A DNA stretch of 61,990 nt, counting the filler. It is 14 parts of 14 records of this genome, joined end to end, with 100 filler letters (N's around TTAATTAATTAA, not from the genome) between each part and the next. Parts side by side here need not be neighbours in the genome. Positions count along the whole stretch, not along the records: positions 10,473 to 14,422 come from SRR15195285_7931; positions 14,523 to 17,684 come from SRR15195285_7932; positions 17,785 to 23,367 come from SRR15195285_7940; positions 23,468 to 34,032 come from SRR15195285_7945; 10 more parts are not named here. The stretch is one strand, 5' to 3'. Every line of letters begins with the position of its first letter. The stretch's first letter is position 1. The notes under the pieces were generated by a model. That model was not told where the DNA came from. It saw only the letters and a list, made by a program, of their open reading frames with translations, and ran no database searches. The translations under genes and the position numbers were made by a program. Shown here piece after piece: positions 11,800 through 27,104 of the stretch.

Positions 11800-11999
11800 T
11801 TCTGTGACCTCTCAATCCCAACCACAAGCCTTCCAACAAGCCGCCTAACGAAGCTGACGCGCCCAACACGCCATTGCGATTCAACACATTTCTCATTCAT
11901 TCTCGTAGTTTGGGCTGCGGTGCACAGCGATGCAGCAAGCCAGGGCGAAATGTTTAGTGAGGTACGTCTGCACGGAAAGCGGGGAGGGTAGCCCGGCAC

Positions 12000-14007
<2,008 letters not shown>

Positions 14008-15589
14008 CTCGAAGCTGCTCGAAAAAGAAGCCCCAAAAGCCTGTGACCAAAGCAAAGACAGTGCTCTCTTTAAGCGCAGCGCTCCTCGCTGAGCAAACCC
14101 AGACCAAACCCCCCAAGCCCCGTCCCGCGGACCTCCTCGCGGTTCTCTTCCCAGCCTCCCACGACAGGAAGCACGGCCCTCTGACAACAAAGGGCCTCTT
14201 TCTCACCCCGCACGGGGACTCTCCCGATCACCACGGCACCGCTGTAAAGAACCAGCTCTCTGAACGCGCAGCCGGCGCTCCAGGACCAACAAGCGCAGCC
14301 CCGCCTGCAACAAAAAGCCTTTGGGTGCCTTTCACAGGCTGGGTCAGAATTCCATCCTGCACAGCGTCAAAACAATGCAAATTTCCTTGATGATCCGCGA
14401 GAAAAAGCAGCGACTCGAGGCGNNNNNNNNNNNNNNNNNNNNNNNNNNNNNNNNNNNNNNNNNNNNTTAATTAATTAANNNNNNNNNNNNNNNNNNNNNN
14501 NNNNNNNNNNNNNNNNNNNNNNGATTCAGGTAGATCAGTAGATCTGAGTAAATACTGTACGGATACCGGTTCATAGTATGCATATATACGTACGCGCCGC
14601 GGCCTGCTACCGTATATAAATTCCCATATGTATATGAAGCTCAGAGCAGAGGGCGTGTGTACACACAAACTCCAATTTTCATCTGCAAGATCCATATCTA
14701 TCTGCATTAAACTCAATCTGTATTAGTATGAGTTTAAAGCAAGAGAAGTACGAGCTTACAACTTATGGTCAGGATGTACCGGTGGGCGAATCTCGAATCT
14801 GGGCACTGCCGTGCAACTGACTTCTCATCGCATCGACTCGTCCTTCGACTGAAGTATGAGATGTTGGCTGAGTGCACAACTAGCGACTGGTTTCATGCGC
14901 TCCCGCTGTACCGACGCGCACGGGCCGCCGCAGCTGCTGACAGAGCTGCTAGGGATGTTAAGTCTAGAGCAAATGATAGCACATCAGTGACCACGGGCAA
15001 TGCAGCTACTGACGGGCGGCAACTTGGTGCGTGTACAAGCAAGATCGAAAAATTATATCGTGACGTTGTGGTACTTGATGATGCCAGCGCTATTGCGGCG
15101 CAACTTGATTCAGGCGTGTGCGTTCGCTACAACTTGGGGCATTGATCTTGCGAGATGGATCCTAGGATTGTGGTAGCCACGGCTACAGCTCACAGTGTGC
15201 AGCCCGAAGTGTATCGTGATACACCAACGTATCTCATGGTCTTTGTAAACCCAATAGTAGAAATAGCAGTAGGCACAAAATTAATGTGACTGCCCACGTG
15301 ACCACTTTAGCCGCAATGGAGGAGTGCACCGTGTCTAGCCTTGCTGTGAGCTAGTGAGCTAAACAGGCAGCCAAGGTGAAGGAGGACGCAATGGACTCAC
15401 GCATTAGATTGCCTATCAATCTTGGGTTCTGGCTGAAACCTCCAGGTTGTCGGGTTGTCGGGTTGCCGACGTTGCATACGAGAAGCATGCTGAGCTGCAC
15501 TATCTAATAGCCAGACCATCACACAAGCAGTCCAGGGAGGAGTGGGAAGCGTGTGCAGGGGGCGATTGGAACGGGACAGGGCCTCGGTT

Positions 15590-17448
15590 CTATTTTCTTG
15601 ATCTCCCGCTCGCGCCCCCGCGCTTTCCTGCGCTCGCGCTCCCCTTGTCTCTGCCCCTTCCACCTTTGCCGCCCTTTTCACCTTTTCCGTCATCCCAGCC
15701 TCCCGCCCGGTCTTTCCATGAGCCTGAGCCATCCCCCTTCGCGGCCGCTTTCTTTGCCTCGGCCCTCTCCTGGAGCTTTACCGCATACTTGGCCTTTTTC
15801 GAGGCCTGCCGTCTCTCCATTCTAAGCGCGGCCTGCGGATTTCCGAACGGGTGCACGGGCTCCTTCGTCTTAAGCAACATGCCGTCCTCGCTCTTGTACT
15901 TACCGGTCTTGTCGCGCTTCTTCATATCTGAGCCCTTCTTCAGCAGCCTCTCAACGTGCGCCTGGTCCGTCGCGCTGTCGTTTGCTTTGCGTTTGGTGCT
16001 CGAGAATGTCTCGGCCTCGGCGTCCTCTCCGACTTCGTTCCGGTAGAAAGACTCGTCGTCATCGTCGACGTCGAACATGCCCGTGTCACCGGCCTCTGTG
16101 TCCGTACCCGAGGAGTCCGAGTCATCACCATCGCCGAGCGCACGCTTTGCCTTCCGTTTGCTCTTCTTTTCGTCGGTCTTTGCCTTCTTACGGGCGACAT
16201 TTCCCTCTTGAGTTTTCTTGCGCTCAGCCTTGAGCGCTTCAGCTGCCTCCTTGGCCTCTTTGATGGCGAGGATTTCTTCGGGCGTCTTCTGCAGGTGTCG
16301 GTGGTAGAGCACGTCACCCTTCATGATATCTTTCTCAACCTTGACCAGCTCTAGCGTCAGGCGCGGGCCAATCTCCCGCAAGCGCAGCGCCTGCTGTTGA
16401 GAGCCTGAGGCCGCTGCCGTCGCCCGCTTGCGCTTGGCGTTCCGTCGGCGAAGCTTGCGTTCCATTGTCACAGTGTTGCCGCTCTCGCCCTCGGCCTCGC
16501 TGTCTGAGCCTTCCCCGCCATCCCCAGCCAGCAGCTCGCTAATGTCGTTTAGCTTGCTCAGATCTGGCATGTCAGCCCCCGGCTCTAGGATTCTGCGCAC
16601 GCCTTTCGACAGACCCTTCTCCCTCATCGTGATCGAGTAGTGGCGCCACTCAATGCTCTGGCTTTCCGCGTTGTAGTTCACAAGTACTACACGGCGACAG
16701 TCGGCGAGCTTCACAGTATTGACGTCCAGCGTCGGGTATAGATTCTGGAACATCACGCCAGCGAGCTTGACGTGCCGGTGTGCGGCCTCGTCCGCTCCGG
16801 GCGGCGCGCTGAAGTTACTCAGCACGACCAGCGGCGAGTGGAGAAACTCGAACGAATTTCCTGTGGTCGGGCGACTCTGTACATTGCCCACGTCGCCGTT
16901 CAGTGTGTACTCTTTGATCTTGTAAGTCAGTGTCGGGCCATGCGGCATCCGCATCTGCGCGCGGCGGCAACCAGATGCGTGTTCGTCAACCTCACGGCGA
17001 CAGGCGAAGCAAGAGGACACGGACATGAGAGCTGGCTAGAGAGCCGGCGGCGTACCACGCGCATATAAGTGCCGAGATCACTCGCCGTGAACATAATCAT
17101 CTGCGTCACGCCGAGCGGCCCAGCGACGTTGACGAAGTCCTGCAGCTTGTTGCTCTTTCGCACCTGCAGCTTCGTGGCTGCTCGCAGCGACACCAACACA
17201 CGCACACACAGCGCGGTGAGCACCGCAGGCGGCAGAAAAAAGACTGAATACTTCCGTGTAATTTTACCTGTGAGCGGCTCCATCGCTCGCCGAAAGTCGG
17301 TCACCAGCCGGCGCTGCTCCTGGTGCAGCTTGCCCTTCCCGATCACGAACGTCAACGGCGGCTTCTCCTCGGACGTCGCGTTCGGGTCCACCACATCCTC
17401 CCCCGCCGGCAAGTGCGTCACCCGCTTGCGCCGCCGCGTCCGCCCCAT
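15590..17448 (-). CDS. PPAN: Brix-domain ribosome biogenesis protein Peter Pan/Ssf1
   Basis: LVTDFRRAMEP, NKLQDFVNVAGPLGVT, MPHGPTLT, PLVVLSNF, CRRVVLVNY, LREIGPRLTLELVKVE. Introns 17178-17267 and 16955-17055. Confidence 0.93.
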
Positions 17449-18208
17449 CCCCGCACTGCCTCTCTGCGATCAGCTCACTCTCCAGCAACGGGGGGGGTCC
17501 TCCTGAGCCCTCTCGCTCACCCTCACCCTCAGCAAGGCGGTCTGGCGGACGGGTGGGAACGCCGCGGACGACGAGCGCCGAAAATGCGAAAATGCGCACC
17601 GGCCGCCGATACATACAGTCGTGGGGTGGGTCAGGGCGAATTATTAGATCCCGACGCTTGAAATCGGGGCTCCGATGGCGTCATNNNNNNNNNNNNNNNN
17701 NNNNNNNNNNNNNNNNNNNNNNNNNNNNTTAATTAATTAANNNNNNNNNNNNNNNNNNNNNNNNNNNNNNNNNNNNNNNNNNNNGCGGGGTGCAATCTGG
17801 GCACTGCTGCCTCATCAAATCCTCCGAGGTTCCCACCTCAAGCCCGGCGCCGGCAGGCGCGCGCGAGCGAGCCCGCGGGCCCGGCGCCGCGGCGCGCGTG
17901 CGTGGCCCGAGCTTAAACGTAATATGGTGGCCACTGGCACGTGGCAGGCAGCGCGGGAAGGGAGGCTCGCTCGCCCCCTCGCCTGCGTGTCGCTGGGCTA
18001 ACGCAGTGCACGATTTGCCCCTTGTATTGGAGTAGAATCTCCCTGCGAACAGCGCGTGCGTTGCAGCGATGCAGCTGGCTACCTGAGCTGCCACCCGCAG
18101 CAAGCAAGCAGCGGTGGCGGCGTTCGACGCGAAGGCCCGCCAGCAGCGCACGAGGGGGGAGGGTGCGTCGGACGTACAGCGGCGCCAGAGCTTGCTCGAG
18201 GCGCTGCA

Positions 18209-21200
18209 ATGATCCAGCGCAAACAGCTCGCCGCGCCTCGGGATGGCTCGTTCCAATCCGTCGATCCTCCTCATCTCGAAGATCAGCACAGTATGTCGGA
18301 GCCCAGTCCGGTGGTGCTCCGCTCGCCGGATCTCCATGCGAAAGGAGGAGCAGCACCAGCCGATGATCGGTGCTCAGGATGCCGCATGGCTGTGCTGGTA
18401 GCTTTCGGCATAGTACTCGGCTGTGAGCTGACGCTGCGCTTCGCAGTAGCAGCCTCATGCGGCGTTCCAGCAAGTGCCGCACCGTGGGGGCTGCCAAAAC
18501 ACCTGGAAACGGCACGGGTTGCGATTGGAGGTGCTCCGGTTGCGCCGGCACGCCCTACTATCGTGCTGCTTGGCGACTCCATAACCGCCAAGGCTTTTGA
18601 TGCTGAGGGTGGGCAAAGTTGGGCGGGCGGGATGCAGAGCTGGTACGGTGCCAAGGCGGACGTGATATCGCGCGGCCTGCCAGGATACAACACGCGGTGG
18701 GTGGCGGCTCGCATGACACAGCTATTTCCTACAAGTGTCCTTCCTCCAGCTTTGGTGGTCGTGTGCTTTGGTGCAAATGACGCGGCAGTGGAAACGCTGT
18801 CACCGACGCAACATGTTCCCATTCCTGAGTTCAAGAAGAACCTACTGTCCATCATTGAACACATCCGAAGCCTCTCGGAGAACACCCTGGTGCTCGTGCT
18901 CACTCCCCCACCAGTCGACGAAGGGGCACTCGGCCAGACGCTTCGTGGTGGTGCCCGGCGCTGCGGGCTGACGTCCGGATTAGTGGCTGAAAACGACGCG
19001 GCAGAGCACGCTCTGGCCTGTGCACGATTCAATGCAAATCCAACGGGCCTGCCTGACCGACTTCTGACGCAGACGAAGATCTACGCGACCGCTTCCTTAG
19101 CGGTAGCGAGCGAAGCAGGCGTAGCGGCACTCGATATTTGGAATGCCCTTGAACCAGAGACGATGCTGTCAGATGGCTTCCATCTTAATAGCGACGGACA
19201 TCGAGCCCTGCTCGAGGCAATACAAGTGAAGATACGCAGATCCTACCCGTCAATGATACCATCTGACATGCCACAAGACCCTCTTGCACCACAGTGGGAC
19301 ACTCTAGTCGGTGTGGTGGCTGATGGCCCATCCCCCCTTTCCCCGCTGGCACCCGGCAACGAGGGTAACAGGTTTGAGGCCTCGTTGAGCACTCTTGGAG
19401 AAGAAACGATGACAGAGATTGGGTGTACAGAGCAAGCGAAGCTAGTTGCTGACGCTCTAGCAGTGGTTCAAGTCTCTGAAAAAGATTGTCCAGACGCTCC
19501 GTTACATACACCGGAAACCACTGGCCAAGGAACAATCGTTGAACTCGAGTCACGTGGGGAATCTGAGGAAGGCAACGAGCATGCGGTGAACTTAGGGGTA
19601 GCGCTGGTACTCATACTCCTGCTTGCGGCTCTCATTCTCGGTCATTCGTTGGAGATCCGGCATATTGAAGCATTGCACGAGGCGGGAGGGGCTCTACTGA
19701 TAGGAATTGCGGGCGGTGCAGTACTACGGCTGACGGGCGGTGAAGGGTCGGGCCCAGTGGCTGTGACGCATGCGACGGTCCTTGGCGTTGCACGATTTGA
19801 TGAGCGATTCTTCTTTTTTGTCTTACTACCTCCGATTATTCTCGAGGCGGGCTACAATATGCAGCGAAGAAAGTTTTTTCAAAACATCGGGGCAATCTGT
19901 ATGTTCGCGTTCGTGGGCACCCTCATATCAACAGCAATTATCGCAGCGATTCTTTGGACGTCTGGGGTAGCAGCCACACCAGACGGCGAGGGTTTCACGC
20001 CGCTGGAAGCACTGATCTTTGGCTCCCTCATATCTGCCACCGATCCAGTTACCGTGCTGGCAATCTTTGGATCGCAAGGAGCTGACCGTGATCTGTACTC
20101 TCTTGTGTTTGGAGAGTCAGTACTCAACGACGCCGTCGCGATCGTGCTGTATCAGACCTTTGACAGCTTTAATCCTCGTCACTGCGCCCACGAATCGCCA
20201 GCTAACTGTGAGATGTCGATATCTACCGTCGTGAAAGCGGGTGGATCGGCGTTCAAGATTCTGTTTGGAAGTATTTTTGTCGGCACAGCTATGGCCTTCG
20301 CGTCTGCTTATTTGTTGAAACATCGTGGGCTTTATAGGCGGGCAGATCTTTTCTTCCAGACCGAGATCCTGGTGGTTGTGCTCTTCCCTTATATTGCATG
20401 GATGCTGGCTGAGGCAGCACACCTGTCTGGGATTGTTTCGATTCTGTTCTGTGGTATCGTGATGGCACACTATACGACGCACAACCTCCATCCGGATTCT
20501 CTCGCCTTTTCGCGAAAGTTTTTCAAGGTTTTGGCATTCGGGTGCGAGACCTTTGTCTTTGTCTATATGGGATTGGCGCTGTTTTCTTTTCGGCAAGACT
20601 TTGCACACTGGCCTACGTACATAGTTGGCGTTCTTGCAATGCTTGGTGCGCGAGCAGCGAACGTATATCCTATTGCGTGCTGCGTCAACCGTTATCGCCG
20701 CACAGGAAGACACATTCCGGTTGGCTTTCAGCACATTTGCTGGTTCTCTGGTCTTCGCGGTGCGATAGCGTTTGCTTTGGCGCTCAAGGCGCGAATGGAC
20801 TATGATACGCGTGACGCGAACGGAACACCGGGTGCCGGGCGGGCCATCTTCACAATGACGCTCGCAACCGTGCTCTTCACTGGTACGTCGCGTGTGGTGC
20901 TCCCCTGCACGCACACTGGTTTAATAGCCGCGGCAACACTGCATCACTATTATCCCCTTTATGTTCCATTCCCAGAGCGCATGAAATAGGAAGCATGCAC
21001 ACAACAAACACACCTGCGCGCGACTGACATGATCGTGATTGTTCGCTCTCTGGTCGGTGATATTGGCCCAGTGCTTGGGATGGGTGGATCGATAGGTAAG
21101 ACTGATCTCTCCTTTTCTTTGAGTCGATTCGCATTGCGCTGATATACATGTGGCACAACAGACATTTCATTGTCACGCCGGCTTGCATTGCTCGCCAGCA

Positions 21201-21637
21201 GTAGATGACAGTTCTGAATGTAGACACCTACGTATAATTTGCATTTGTGTCTGTGCACACGGTATGTTTGGTTGTACGCAGGCAAGCTGCTGCAGCATTT
21301 CGGTGCGTTTGAGACCAAGGAGACGCTAGCGAATGATGAGATGCTGCAGACAGATCGTAGGGGCTCTAGGATGCTCGCAATCGACCGACGCTATATCAAG
21401 GTACGCCGTATGTTCAGGTTACCGACACTCTCCGTCATCGTGCGCAGCATATGGTCTCACGAACGTACGTGGTGCGTGCAAATGTGATCGTGGGCTGCAA
21501 TGGCACTATCTCGACAGCCTATCTTCACATGGACAGATGTGAGTTTCGGCCACCTCTCCCAGCAGCCTCCACAAAAGAGCCATAGTGAGGCAGCTATCCG
21601 ACTCAAGGAATCGCCACGGGCAGCTGATGGGCCGTGA
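18209..21637 (+). CDS. Fusion of an SGNH/GDSL esterase (IAH1-like) and a CPA1 Na+/H+ exchanger (NHE/NHX)
   Basis: One uninterrupted exon carries [25 protein letters not shown] and DGFHLN, then [40 protein letters not shown] and [14 protein letters not shown]. The 3' exons 21072-21095, 21282-21400 and 21518-21637 complete the last TM helix and tail. Start could be 18209 or 18293. Confidence 0.9.
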
Positions 21638-21754
21638 TTAACTGCCGCTGTAATGACCATAATCTGAATAACTTTCTCAATCGATGAATGAATGCTATTT
21701 TTCAACAGTGGCAAACACTAGCGCAGCTGCAGCTGCACCAATAGGAAGTCGCAA

Positions 21755-23186
21755 TCACAGGGATGCACTAGTGCTGCGTTCGACAATCGGAACGTCGCCA
21801 GCGAGGAGCCCGGCCTCCTTGAAACCGCGCCACAAGTCTATGGGAATTTTTGTATCCAGGAGCGCAACATTCTGCTCTGCTTCAGCCGGTGATGCCACAC
21901 CGCAGACCACACTGGACACTGCCGGGTGCATCAGTGGAAAATGCAGTGCCGCCGCGGGAAGGGACACACTGTTCTTAGCGCAGATTGACTCCAGAGCAGC
22001 GACCCGCTCAATGATATCATCCGACGCCTTTGTGTAGTTGAACTTTGCTCGGTTCTCAGCAGCTTTCGAGCCGCCGACCAGGATACCACCTGCCGTTTGT
22101 TGCAGAAAGTCAAAACGAACGGAAAAATAATTTGGCGGCACGCGCGAAGATACGTACCGTTGAAAGGGGCGAAGATCACCGCTCCGATATTGTTATCCGT
22201 TGCAAGCTGCAGCGTACCATCATCATGGACCTGCTGCCCAAGAAGCTGCAGCGATACGCCAGTAAAATCAGCTAGCTAGCTGCATCATAGAGCACGATTT
22301 TGCGGTCTGTAGGTCGAGGGCGTACCGTATAACTAGTCGGGAGACAGACATAGTCCAGTGAACAGTGCTTTAGAATCGCAGATATCGACTCGAAAGTTCC
22401 GCCACCTGTGCCGATTGCGCTGACAGCACCACTGTCACGCAGCTCTTCCATCGCACGGAAGCCGCCACCGGTGGTCAGCTGCTCCCACTCGTCCGTGCCG
22501 GGGAGCGGCTGGCTGTGCATGAGAAGTCCATCTACATACGGCTGGCCCATGCGATGAAGGCTCTCGTTGTGTTGCTTCATAAAACCCTCGTACGTATTAT
22601 CCATCACGCTGTTGAACCCATTCAAGCCGCCGGCCCACCCGTGGCTGTCGCTGTGGTTCATCGTGTTGGGCGTCACAGCGCGATCTGGAACCAGCTGCCG
22701 GCAAACCTTCGTGGATACCTGCTCCGAGGAACAATCACCTTGAATGATCAACGCTCACAGCAGTACATATTTCCCATGCAAACTTGATTCACGCTTAAGA
22801 GCACTACTCGTCGGAGCGGGTACAAAGACGTCAGCACGTGGCACGCGTACGGCACCGATATCGTCGTTTGCTTTGCGGAGCGCGCGGCCGATGCGCATCT
22901 CAGCGAGACCCGCGCCGTACGAAGGAGCGACGTCGAAGTACCGCACCCCCAGCTCAAGGGCTCGTTCAAAGGTGGTTGCGGCCTGTCCGCAGACAATCAC
23001 ACGGTAAAACGCAGTGCGCGTGCAACCCATGCCGTTGGTTTGCATTTAAAAGCGCAGAGAAAGTAGGCGTGCCTCTTCGTCTGTGATTCGATCGTAGATT
23101 TCGCCGATGGGGGCGCATCCAAAGCCGAGAGGAGGCAGATAGATCGACGATTTGCCCAGCTTGCGACGCTCCGTCAGCAAGACCAT
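21755..23186 (-). CDS. Aldo-keto reductase (D-threo-aldose/L-fucose/pyridoxal dehydrogenase-like)
   Basis: MVLLTERRKLGKS..LGFGCAPIG, YFDVAPSYGAGLAE, VSTKVCR, YVDGLLMH, APFNGGIL, SLPAAALHFPLMHPAV. Introns 22983-23072 (GC-AG), 22719-22823, 22246-22325 and 22090-22157. Confidence 0.9.
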
Positions 23187-23467
23187 ATCTACAGTGTACA
23201 AGTTGCGCTACTAGTACGTAGACCGCGCGTAGGGTGACCGCCGTAGTACGTACAGACCGCAGGGTGCGCGCCACAGACGCCCGGCGCCAGCGCGCCACAG
23301 CAGGGTGCCGCAGCAACGATCCGGCCTACGCATGCTAGAATGCATGTACCCAGGTTGAAATTCGAAANNNNNNNNNNNNNNNNNNNNNNNNNNNNNNNNN
23401 NNNNNNNNNNNTTAATTAATTAANNNNNNNNNNNNNNNNNNNNNNNNNNNNNNNNNNNNNNNNNNNN

Positions 23468-24392
23468 AGAGCACGAGGCGAAGGTCGCAAGCATTGCTGA
23501 CCTGCATGCTCAGTTGGCAACTTCTGCTTCTACTATATCTGCTTTGAAATCTCAAAACAGCACTGCAGAGCAGGGACATCAAAACGAGTTGCAACGGCTA
23601 TCAGCTAGGCTTGCATCAGAACAGCAGGCTCGAGAGGCCGCCCGGAAGGAAGTGCTTGCGCTATCCAGCGACAAAGCTGGTCTTGTCACTGAGAAGGCTG
23701 GCCTTGCAGCTCGCGCCAACGAGGCGCACATGGTGCTCAGCGAGCTGAAGGATGGTCACTCTGCCCTGGCCGCCAAGCACGAGAAGATTCTGGCCGACAA
23801 GCGCGAGGCTCACAGAGATGCACTGACGCAGAAACAGATCGAAGTGGACGAAGTAAAAGCCGAGCTGAAGATGACGCTGGGTTCGAGAACAGAGCTGCTA
23901 GGCGCCCTCTCAACGGTACAAGACTCGCTGCGCGAGAGTCAGGCGGCGAGCGAGGCGGGAGCAAATGCGCAGAGGGAGCTGCAGGCTCGACTCGACGCGG
24001 AACAGGCACGCACTGCTGCGCTTGAGTCAGAGCTTGCCGCTGCTAAGTCCGAGGTCACGATTGCTGCGGATGAGAAGACTTCAGTCGCCAACGCTCGGCA
24101 GGAAGAGATTGATCGACTGGTAGGTCAGCTCGGCTCGATGCAAACGAGCCTTGATCGTCGCCAGGAAGTCGTCCACTTGCTCAGCCAGCAAGTTGAGTAT
24201 CTGCTGACAATGGTCCCGAATGCCGGCAGTGCGGATGATAGCACCGTAACTAGCCAGTTAGCTGCGCTCGCCACTGCAAATGCGGCGGGACAGGCACGTT
24301 TTCCCGCAGGTGCTGGGACTGGCATTGAGGGTGGCGCGGAGGAAGGCAGCAGTGTGGTTGCGTCACCATCGCAGTTCGGGGCGGGAAAATGA
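23468..24392 (+). CDS. Long coiled-coil protein, 3' fragment
   Basis: E/A/L/Q-rich heptad-like ORF open from the contig start to TGA at 24392. Confidence 0.7.
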
Positions 24393-24568
24393 AGAGGCTG
24401 TGGGTGCGATCGCTAATGCGATTGCCTGGTTGCTTGCCTCCGTTGTCTAGCTTCGCAGATGTATGTGAGCAGTGCTATTTGTGCTCGCTTGTATCATATT
24501 CGAATGCAATGCGAGTAGCCATCCTCGGGATTCGGTAGCGTGAACTGCCAACGTGCATTTAACGCACT

Positions 24569-26415
24569 TCATCTTCCAGCCATGACATGACGGTGAAATC
24601 CGGGAAGGTCAAGCGGCTGCGTTCTTCCTGCTGCTACGTCAACTGCCAGCTGCTGTAGCGTCGGGATGCTGTCTACAGCCTGCATGCCTGTGGCGCACCG
24701 GGTGGCCTGGTTAGTACACAACTGCAGCAGGTTGGTTCGAAATAGCCTGCGTACCGAGAGAACGAGCTGCAACAACCAGCGGTTCATCCGAAAGCATGAC
24801 TCGTTGCATCGCATGCAATCCCGCCGCCATCGCAGTGTTCGCCGCCAGGCGTTGTCGCTCGTAACGCGACAGCGCAGCGGCCCCACCTACCACAAAAGGG
24901 TGCTGCCCGGTCATATGCTAGAACGAAACGGTGACAACTTGTGGGCTTGCAGGCTGTGGTGCAGGGGCAAAGCGCACCAATATCTTCGCCCAGCTCTGCC
25001 GAAGAAAGCAGCGAGTCAACAAGCCCTGCTGCGTCATACATCCCTATGTTGAGGCCCTGACCTGCCAACGGGTGGACAACATGCGCTGCGTCGCCGACTA
25101 GCGCGAGCCTGTCAGACGAAACGTCTCTTTAGAGCGTCCCTAATAATTGTAGATGTTCAAAGAAGCGACACGTCGCGGACGTACCGATGGGCAGCTGACA
25201 CGGCCGACGTAGCATGCTGCAGCTTTAGAGGGAAGGCACCTCGTCGGCCTACCGCACTGCCGATGGCCGGAGGATGAGTCATCGGCTGGGTGGAGGCGCT
25301 AGATACCTGCAAACAGGGTAGCATTGGCTGTCGTTAATGCCTAGTGCTCAGCGGCAGGGGAGCATAAAACGGAGCAATGCAAGAGCTGCCTCTAGCCTGC
25401 GTACGATCCTGCTGACACCACGTAGCAGGCCTGATATCGGGCCACCTGAGATGCCAGGCAAATGGCCAGGTGACGCGCGAGTGAAGGCTTCTGTGACGGT
25501 TGCGCCGAACGCCTCGTCGTCCAGCTCGAGCAGATGCGTGGCGTGCTGGACGTTAGTAGACCAGACAACATTCGCAAAGCCAGGTCCCATCGGCAGCAAC
25601 GCAATAGGTCCTGTCGGCAAGAAGCGCTGCCATGCCGTGGCGTTGTGCACGTCGGCATCCGCTAGCTCAACCGTTGCCACGACGCCCCGCTGGTTGTAGT
25701 CGACACCAACGGTGCGAAAGGCAGCTTGATCACGAATGGGGGAGAAGCCGCCAGTCGCATCAACGAGAAGCCGCGTCTCGAACCGCCGGCCGTCATCGAG
25801 CTCCAGCTGTGGCCAGGCCCCGGCACCTTCATCTGTCGGGAATACCGTGCTAACTACCTTTGCTGGTCGGATGAGCTCGAGGCAGCCCGCACTCTCGTCA
25901 TCCTGCCGTAGACTCGACAGCTCGTCCAGCCGCTGCCATAGAGCCCCGGATAGCAGACTGTCCTCCACGATGCAACCAAGGTCGACTCCCGACCCACCCA
26001 GCCGGACATAGCCTCCGCCCAGTTCATCCCATACCTGCATGTGCTCGTAGCGTCCGATGGGCCGCGCAACAACATCGTCCCAGACTTCGATAGCCTGCAA
26101 GATCTCGGCGGAAGTCGGGCTGAGCGCGTACGCGCGTGCTTCCGGCGGGCTCTCACGAGTCCATCCGCCCCCAGCAGCAGGATCCGGCAGGGGCGGACGC
26201 GGAGGTGCAGCGTCCAGAATAGCAATCCGCATACGCTTGGCAGCCCCCGCGCTCGCCAGGGAGGCCGCTACTGTCGCACCGACCGGCCCACCGCCCACAA
26301 CTGTGACGTCGTACCAGTCGCTGCTGGGAGCACCAGACATGCGCCGGCGCGGCGCACACCTGAAGCAACACCCTTGCCGGACCTGTCGAGCCGCAGCAGT
26401 GACCAACCCACTCAT
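24569..26415 (-). CDS. COQ6: Ubiquinone biosynthesis FAD monooxygenase COQ6 (UbiH family), mitochondrial
   Basis: Arg-rich presequence, YDVTVVGGGPVG, RAYALSP, MQVWD, AWQRFLPTGPIALLP, GAFPLKLQHA, LALVGDAAHVVHPLAGQGLNIG. Several GT-AG introns (e.g. 25308-25404). Confidence 0.92.
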
Positions 26416-27104
26416 GGTAGCAGGCCCTTCCTGCCCGCGGCGTGGACACCGACGACTAGACTGCCGCCAGCTGGACGGAGGTGTGGAAGGAAGACTCGGC
26501 AAACACGACGGCGGTCACGCTGCACGAAAGAAGGCGTGCTACGTGCCGCGGCGCATGCACGCTCGTATTTATACCTACCCGCAGCTCAGCCCTGGGCACC
26601 GGACGGACGAGCACCGCTCTGCGCAAGAAGGTTGCCGCTGCTGCGAGAGCCACTGCACCCGCCTCAGCGCTCGCCACGCACGCGCGGCCGCGGCATCCGA
26701 TCCCGCGGGCATGCAACGGGGCATGCGCACTGCAGGCGGCGCGTGCCCAGCCATGCGCGCGCGTCCCTCGTGCCTGCCGAGCGAGGTATACGAAATGCTT
26801 TCCTGGTCGTAGGAATCGGAAGGGAGCTCTCATCCACACATCCCTGTTGCATCAATTCCGCCGAATTCGGAGTACATGCCGACTATTGATAATAATAGAT
26901 CTAGTACTGGCGGAACAGCCGGCATGCCTCATGCTTGAATCGATCGCGACAAGGCCTAGGCCAGCGGCACCACGGAACCGGCCAGCATTCGAAGCATGCA
27001 CGCGGGCACGGGACCACGCCAGCACGGCGGGAGCTCCTCGACGAGTCGCGCGGCACGCGGCACAAATTGGGTGGGCGTGGGGCTCCGGGCGGGTGGCCGC
27101 TGCA

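Noticed and set aside
14765-15145. 126-aa ORF after an AT-rich contig start
   Set aside because: No recognisable motif or splice support; it could be a decayed fragment but cannot be called.
26481-27104. N-terminal 208 aa of the 568-aa track ORF
   Set aside because: Non-ATG start and Arg/Ala/Pro-rich read-through of the GC-rich divergent promoter between COQ6 and the BART-CSD gene.
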